A stretch of DNA of 63,239 bases, filler included, from Saprolegnia diclina VS20 (Eukaryota): NCBI RefSeq assembly GCF_000281045.1. It is 8 parts of 2 records of this genome, joined end to end, with 100 filler letters (N's around TTAATTAATTAA, not from the genome) between each part and the next. Parts side by side here need not be neighbours in the genome. Positions count along the whole stretch, not along the records: positions 57,403 to 60,074 come from NW_008246087.1; positions 60,175 to 61,871 come from NW_008246087.1; positions 61,972 to 63,239 come from NW_008246087.1; 5 more parts are not named here. The stretch is one strand, 5' to 3'. The notes below the pieces were generated by a model, which made no database searches, had not been told where the DNA came from, and saw only the letters and a list, made by a program, of their open reading frames with translations. The position numbers and the translations under genes are program-made. Positions 58,253-63,239 of this stretch are shown in pieces (the stretch's first letter is position 1; each line of letters starts with the position of its first letter).

Positions 58253-59664
58253 CATCGTGTCCGAAGCTCTTATTTTGAAGCGTTTCAAATCTTATCAATC
58301 TATCAACGGACCACATTGCGTGCGCTGCACACTGGTTAGTCATGCTGGCCCTTGGGTCCCAACGTGCACCTACCAAAGAGGCAGATGCAGCGCCGTTCCG
58401 TGCTCAAAGACGCACTTGCAAGTAGAGATCATCTATGGTGACCGTGTGATAGGGACGATCTGCATGTGCCGCAAGGCGACCGACCAGATCTTATATGCTT
58501 GCACGACAAGAAACTTCTGCACCCTGGATGAATTGATCAGAGGAGCTACGGCAACATCAAGGCCGGCATGGTCATCAAGACCAGAAGCCACTGACGTGGC
58601 TGGTAAGGGATCATGGTGAATCTTGACCTCGAGTACTGGCTGGTTTGACCGGATACAATTACTTGAGACTTTGTCCACAACAAAATATGATTTATATTTC
58701 CTCAGCAATTATTATTCCCGCACGACCGCGCGTCCATATCCCAGGTATGGTCGAGTGTATCCCCGCATCAATGCGACAAGGGCTCATTCCAAGACGTGGA
58801 AGAGGTTTCCTGCGCGAGCGACCCAAAAGCCCAAGATCCAGAAGCACAACCGTTTTCCAGGCAGAGGCCAAGCGCGATCGAGCCAACGCTAATTTCGCAG
58901 AGTCCGTCAAACGCCAACTTGCCTCGCCCACCACTGGCATATTGGACACCGACACGGCTGTTGCCAAATAGCTTGGTTTTTAAACAAGGTTCCGGGTCGC
59001 GGCCGACGAAAGCCCCACGATTGCATCTAGGTAGATTCACACCCACAAAATCCGCTCCTGCAAGCATTGTATGATAAAGGGACTGTCCTTTGGCGTAGAG
59101 TAGTCATCACTGTGAGCCGAGGCAATGCAGCCGCGACAGGCGCCGCAGCATACACGCGACGAGCCTCTGCTTGCAACCTGCAGCGTATTCGTGCCACTCT
59201 CGCGGCACCGTCGGCAGCCACGACGTCTGGTCGGCGCCAGTGTTCGTGGCCGTCCCTTCGTATACCCTGTACGTCCATCATCGCTCTCTTCTTGTCTCGT
59301 GCGATCCACCCAGAGGTGTTTTCGATGCACCCAAATGGGCTTGGCTTCTAGAAGTCGACTGGGATCAACAGTAGCACGTGTGGCGGCCGCAAGAATGACG
59401 GTCGACCTTCGCGAACTCGTGATGGCGTGCAAGGGTTGTCGGCTCCATCATCATCGCTCGCCAACTGGCTCGTCTTGGGTGGGTGCCGTTCCCAGGTTGC
59501 ACTTTCTATTTTAATTTCACAATTGCACTCTGCATACATATTTTGAGTGTGAAATAAAATACCAAGCCGCCTGCTGTTTCAGGATCGCGGATTGTTCCTG
59601 GATCCGAGGTCCAAGGTTAGCAAGCCATTCTTCGATTGGCGTGGTGGCGAGTGCAAGCAGTTCG

Positions 59665-60074
59665 ATGGCCAAGTACATGTCGGTGGCGGCGACCGCCAAG
59701 CCGGCGGCCGACGTGACGCACCCGCTCACGCGCGCGGGCTACCTCTCCAAGATCACATTTGGCTGGGCGAACGCGCTCCTCGCGCTTGGCCACGAACGCC
59801 AGATCGACCCGGACGACCTCTGGCCGCTGGCACCGGAAAACACGTGCAAGGCCGTGAGCAGCGTCTTTGAGCCGTCGTTCACGTCGTCGCATTCGATCGT
59901 CAAGACCATCTTTTCGCTCTACGGCTGGCGGCTCTTCTTGGTGGGCCTCCTGCAGGCGCTCACACTGGGCTGCACCTTGTACGGCCCGATCGTGCTCAAG
60001 ACGATCTTGACCGCGGTCGAAGGCCCGTCGTTTGACCTCGTGCGCGTGCTCAAGTTTGTCGTCTCGCTCTTTGC
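59665..60074 (+). CDS. ABC transporter C family (MRP-like), N-terminal part, truncated by contig join
   Basis: HPLTRAGYLSKITFGWANALLALGHERQIDPDDLWPL is the ABCC lasso/L0 motif, followed by TM1 (...YGPIVL). Confidence 0.88.
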
Positions 60075-60937
60075 NNNNNNNNNNNNNNNNNNNNNNNNNN
60101 NNNNNNNNNNNNNNNNNNTTAATTAATTAANNNNNNNNNNNNNNNNNNNNNNNNNNNNNNNNNNNNNNNNNNNNTATTGAGAGTTAATATCCTATGAAAT
60201 CGAATACGGGTCCTGCCTATCAATTACCGAGAGGTCCATGATTGAATTGTATTGCGGGTTGGCGCTCCAGGGCGCAGGAATGGCGCTTGCTTGGCTGTCG
60301 ACAGCCACTCACTTCGACGTTTCGCCGCGTCGTGCTGCTACCCGCCCCGCCGCACCTCACCGGGTATCCTCCGCCCCGCGCACCCGAAGCTCCGACGCCA
60401 CGCCGTGCGACGCAGGACGCAAGGCCATGGCCTCTCGCTGCGATCGCCGCAACTGTCGCTGCCGGCGCGACCTAGGCTCAAGAGTGCGTCCGCTACACTT
60501 GCCCACCTTCCTGCCAGTGCAGCCAAGCTCCTAGCGCTTGTGTACGCTACCGAGGACGTACGACCGTCCGGTCTGTCCGTGCCATAGCTGACGCTGCGCC
60601 ACGTGTATCCAAGGAAAGACGCGCCGCCGCGCGACGCTATCAAGATATCGTGCGCTATCGCGTGTGTGAGCGCGACCGGAGCACGCGACTGCCGGCTACC
60701 GAGGCCAGCGCAGCCTGAGCGGGTCTACGCGACAGCGACTGCCGTCGTAACGTCCTTGGACACGCTGATCGCTGTTGATGTCATCACAACGTGGCCAAGG
60801 CGAACCCTTTGCCGAGCCTGCGTAGGTGCCTCTGAAGCGCAAGCGTAGCGCGTGCAATTCAGGCAAGACCCTTTATCATCAAGTCGAGAATTTGTGCGTT
60901 ATCGCAGCCGCAGCTTGAAGCACAAGTGGTCGATTTC

Positions 60938-61004
60938 GAAAGGTGGGCGCAATTTTCTTGCACGGACCGCACCACGTGGCTGTGAAGTCAACAATCGCCC
61001 ACAT
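60938..61004 (-). pseudogene. Thioredoxin fragment
   Basis: IVDFTATWCGPCKKIAPTF active-site segment with no recognisable remainder of the fold. Confidence 0.6.
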
Positions 61005-62230
61005 TGAAAACCTGATACATTGATTAAAATCGATATCTCCTGCGATGGGATTGGATGAAATGATATATACGCTGCCATTGGATTGGATGCACGTGGCAGC
61101 TTTGGGGGAGTGTGCAGGCGATGCACAGTACAACGCCTTCACCAGCGACGGTCAATATTGATATATATGAACGTGTTTCGCGTTATCTTCATAATTACAC
61201 AAAGACTTCGCACACGTAGAGACGAGCAATCTCCTTCTTCATTCGCTCGCCGGGCCGTGGCTCTTCATTTGTCGCCCTACGACGCTTGTGGCCGCGGGTG
61301 AGGCACTGGACGACACGTTCGGTAAAATCTTTCCAGGCGTCGCGGTCGGCGGCAAAGCTACGCAGTGTGTCGTGGTCCTCGGAAGACGCCAGCGACTGAG
61401 GCGGCGTCAGCGACTGAAGCACGGCGACACTATTTAAGTAATGCTATTATACTAACGCGCTACTAGCACGTACATAATCACTAGTGATGGGAGCTTGAGC
61501 AATCTTGCTAGCCTGCACCTCACCGCACTCGCTATAGCTACAAGCGTCAGACACCATACATTATAGCCTAGAAAAAGGACTTGACCAGAGCAATACATAT
61601 CCGGTCGTGTATCGAGAACGCACCGCCAGCAGAAATGTGGTTAAATGCTACTCGGACGCATGCTAGAAGCCGAGGAATTCAAACGCGTCATCAGACGACA
61701 TTCCTCGCCTCCAGCAAAGCTCCAAGATTGGAGCAGCCCAAGTCCGACACCTCGCGGATCAAAATCACTATCTCTTATATCTAAGACTCGATCTGGAGCA
61801 CGACATTGGGGTGTACAAAATCGTCGGTGCCACCATTTCACATATTGTGTCATTGCTCTGTTTTTCTGCGGNNNNNNNNNNNNNNNNNNNNNNNNNNNNN
61901 NNNNNNNNNNNNNNNTTAATTAATTAANNNNNNNNNNNNNNNNNNNNNNNNNNNNNNNNNNNNNNNNNNNNAGCGCAACGCCTCAAGCATGGCGCAAGCT
62001 GCGTACGCTCGCACAAATGCCAATCATCTGCCGAGAGCGCCCTCTCATTGGTTCATTCGCCTGATAAATGCCGTTACGTAAGCCAATCCGAGCGTCGTAT
62101 TGCGCATACCAGCGATGGATTGGTTCAAATGCGGCACCGATATGCAACTTCAATTTGCGCAGCCGAGCCGACGTGGTCGACAACTCGGGCGCCAAGGAGC
62201 ATTCCTTCATTTCCCCGCGACCTCCAAGGC

Positions 62231-63239
62231 ATGACCAACGACACCAAGTCAGAAGCTCAAGGTAACCTTGTGCTAGTGCGATGCTGGCATCACTTCTCGG
62301 GTCTCTAGGCAGCACGCCGCTCAAGTCGTTCCTCTCGGGCGGCTTTGGCGGCATGTGCCTCGTCGCTGCCGGCCATCCGCTCGACTTGATCAAGGTCAAC
62401 ATGCAGACGATGCCCATGCCAAAAGCTGGCGAGGTGCCCATGTACTCGAGTGCTGTCGACTGCGCGCGCAAGATCGTGGCCAAGGACGGGGTATCACTCT
62501 ACTGCGGTATCCATGCAGCACACTCATACATGTGCGGTGCTGTGTAGCCGCGCGGGCTCTACCGTGGTATGGTCGCGCCGCTGGCCACGATTACGCCAAT
62601 TTTTGCCACGTATTTTTGGGGCTACGACCTCGGGGCGCTGCTTGCGGTACGAACGTCCCGCCCACTCCAGCTCATGCTCACATTTGCGGCGTAGCGCAAG
62701 GCCGCGGGGATAGCGGACGACGAGAAGCTCTCGATGAACCAGATCATCTTTGCCGGCGGCTTCTCTGCGATTCCTACCACGGTCGTCATGTCGCCCGGCG
62801 AGCGCATCAAATGCTTGCTCCAGGTACCCACCACCTCATCAAGAAGAGGACGTTCAACCAAGATCGTGTAGATCCAAGCCCAAGCCGTTGCGAGAGGCGA
62901 GACGCCGCAGTACAAGGGCATGCTCGACTGCGCGTCGCAGATCTACCGCACGGGCGGTCTCTCGAGTCTCATGCGGGGCTGGGAAGCGACGTTGCTGCGG
63001 GACATTCCGGGCTCGGTTGGCTACTTTGGCGGCTACGAAGGCTTCAAGCGGCTCCTTACGCCGGCGGGCACACGCACAGACGACCTCAGCGCGCTTCGTA
63101 TCTTCTTTGCTGGCGGCATGGGCGGTGTGATCAACTGGATCATTGCGATCCCGCCGGATGTCATCAAGTCGCGCATCCAGACCGCCCCCGACGGCGTCTA
63201 CAAGGGGTCGGGCATTGTCGACGCGTACAAGCACTTGGT
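62231..63239 (+). CDS. SLC25A20: Mitochondrial carnitine/acylcarnitine carrier-like (SLC25A20), multi-exon, runs off the window end
   Basis: KSFLSGGFGGMCLVAAGHPLDLIKV, PGERIKCLLQ, ATLLRDIPGS, IFFAGGMGG..NW.IAIPPDVIKSRIQTAPDG.Y; first intron 62262-62308. Confidence 0.88.

Noticed and set aside
1..63239. tRNA or rRNA genes
   Set aside because: No cloverleaf or rRNA-like sequence recognised by eye; tRNAscan-SE or Infernal would be needed to exclude them.

Overview
Eukaryotic DNA, most consistent with an oomycete (Saprolegniales-like). Evidence: GC3-rich exons, 45-60 nt GT-AG introns, and INR+FPR and CCAAT promoter elements. The window is a concatenation of contigs joined by seven artificial 100-nt spacers (N44-TTAATTAATTAA-N44) plus one 325-N gap, so synteny across these joins is not trustworthy. 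(1) 1.3-14.1 kb: the most striking feature, a tandem array of eight intronless paralogues each encoding a PX (phosphoinositide-binding) domain fused to a C-terminal RING-H2 E3-ligase finger. Two copies carry a PP1-docking-type KKVxF motif inserted inside the RING, and one has a degenerate RING. A PCGF/BMI1-like RING-RAWUL gene follows directly. (2) 16-25 kb: two small orphan genes, a Cys-repeat type I membrane protein, a NIPA-type transporter and a coiled-coil protein. (3) 27.5-32.4 kb: a cluster of small 10-Cys single-pass membrane proteins (one pseudogenised) beside an array of hairpins. (4) 32.8-42.1 kb: housekeeping block with an SLC25A39/40-like carrier (7-nt micro-exon), a GH89 NAGLU apparently lacking a signal peptide, a claudin-like protein, PGK, MRM2 and a divergent VIT1/CCC1 protein. 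(5) 46-63 kb: an inverted-repeat-flanked cassette holding a spliced nuclear-targeted gene, a decayed Ty1/copia element with one intact LTR, a LINE RT fragment, a Uma2-like PD-(D/E)xK nuclease candidate, and truncated ABCC and SLC25A20 genes. All calls are by eye from motifs; no database searches were run.
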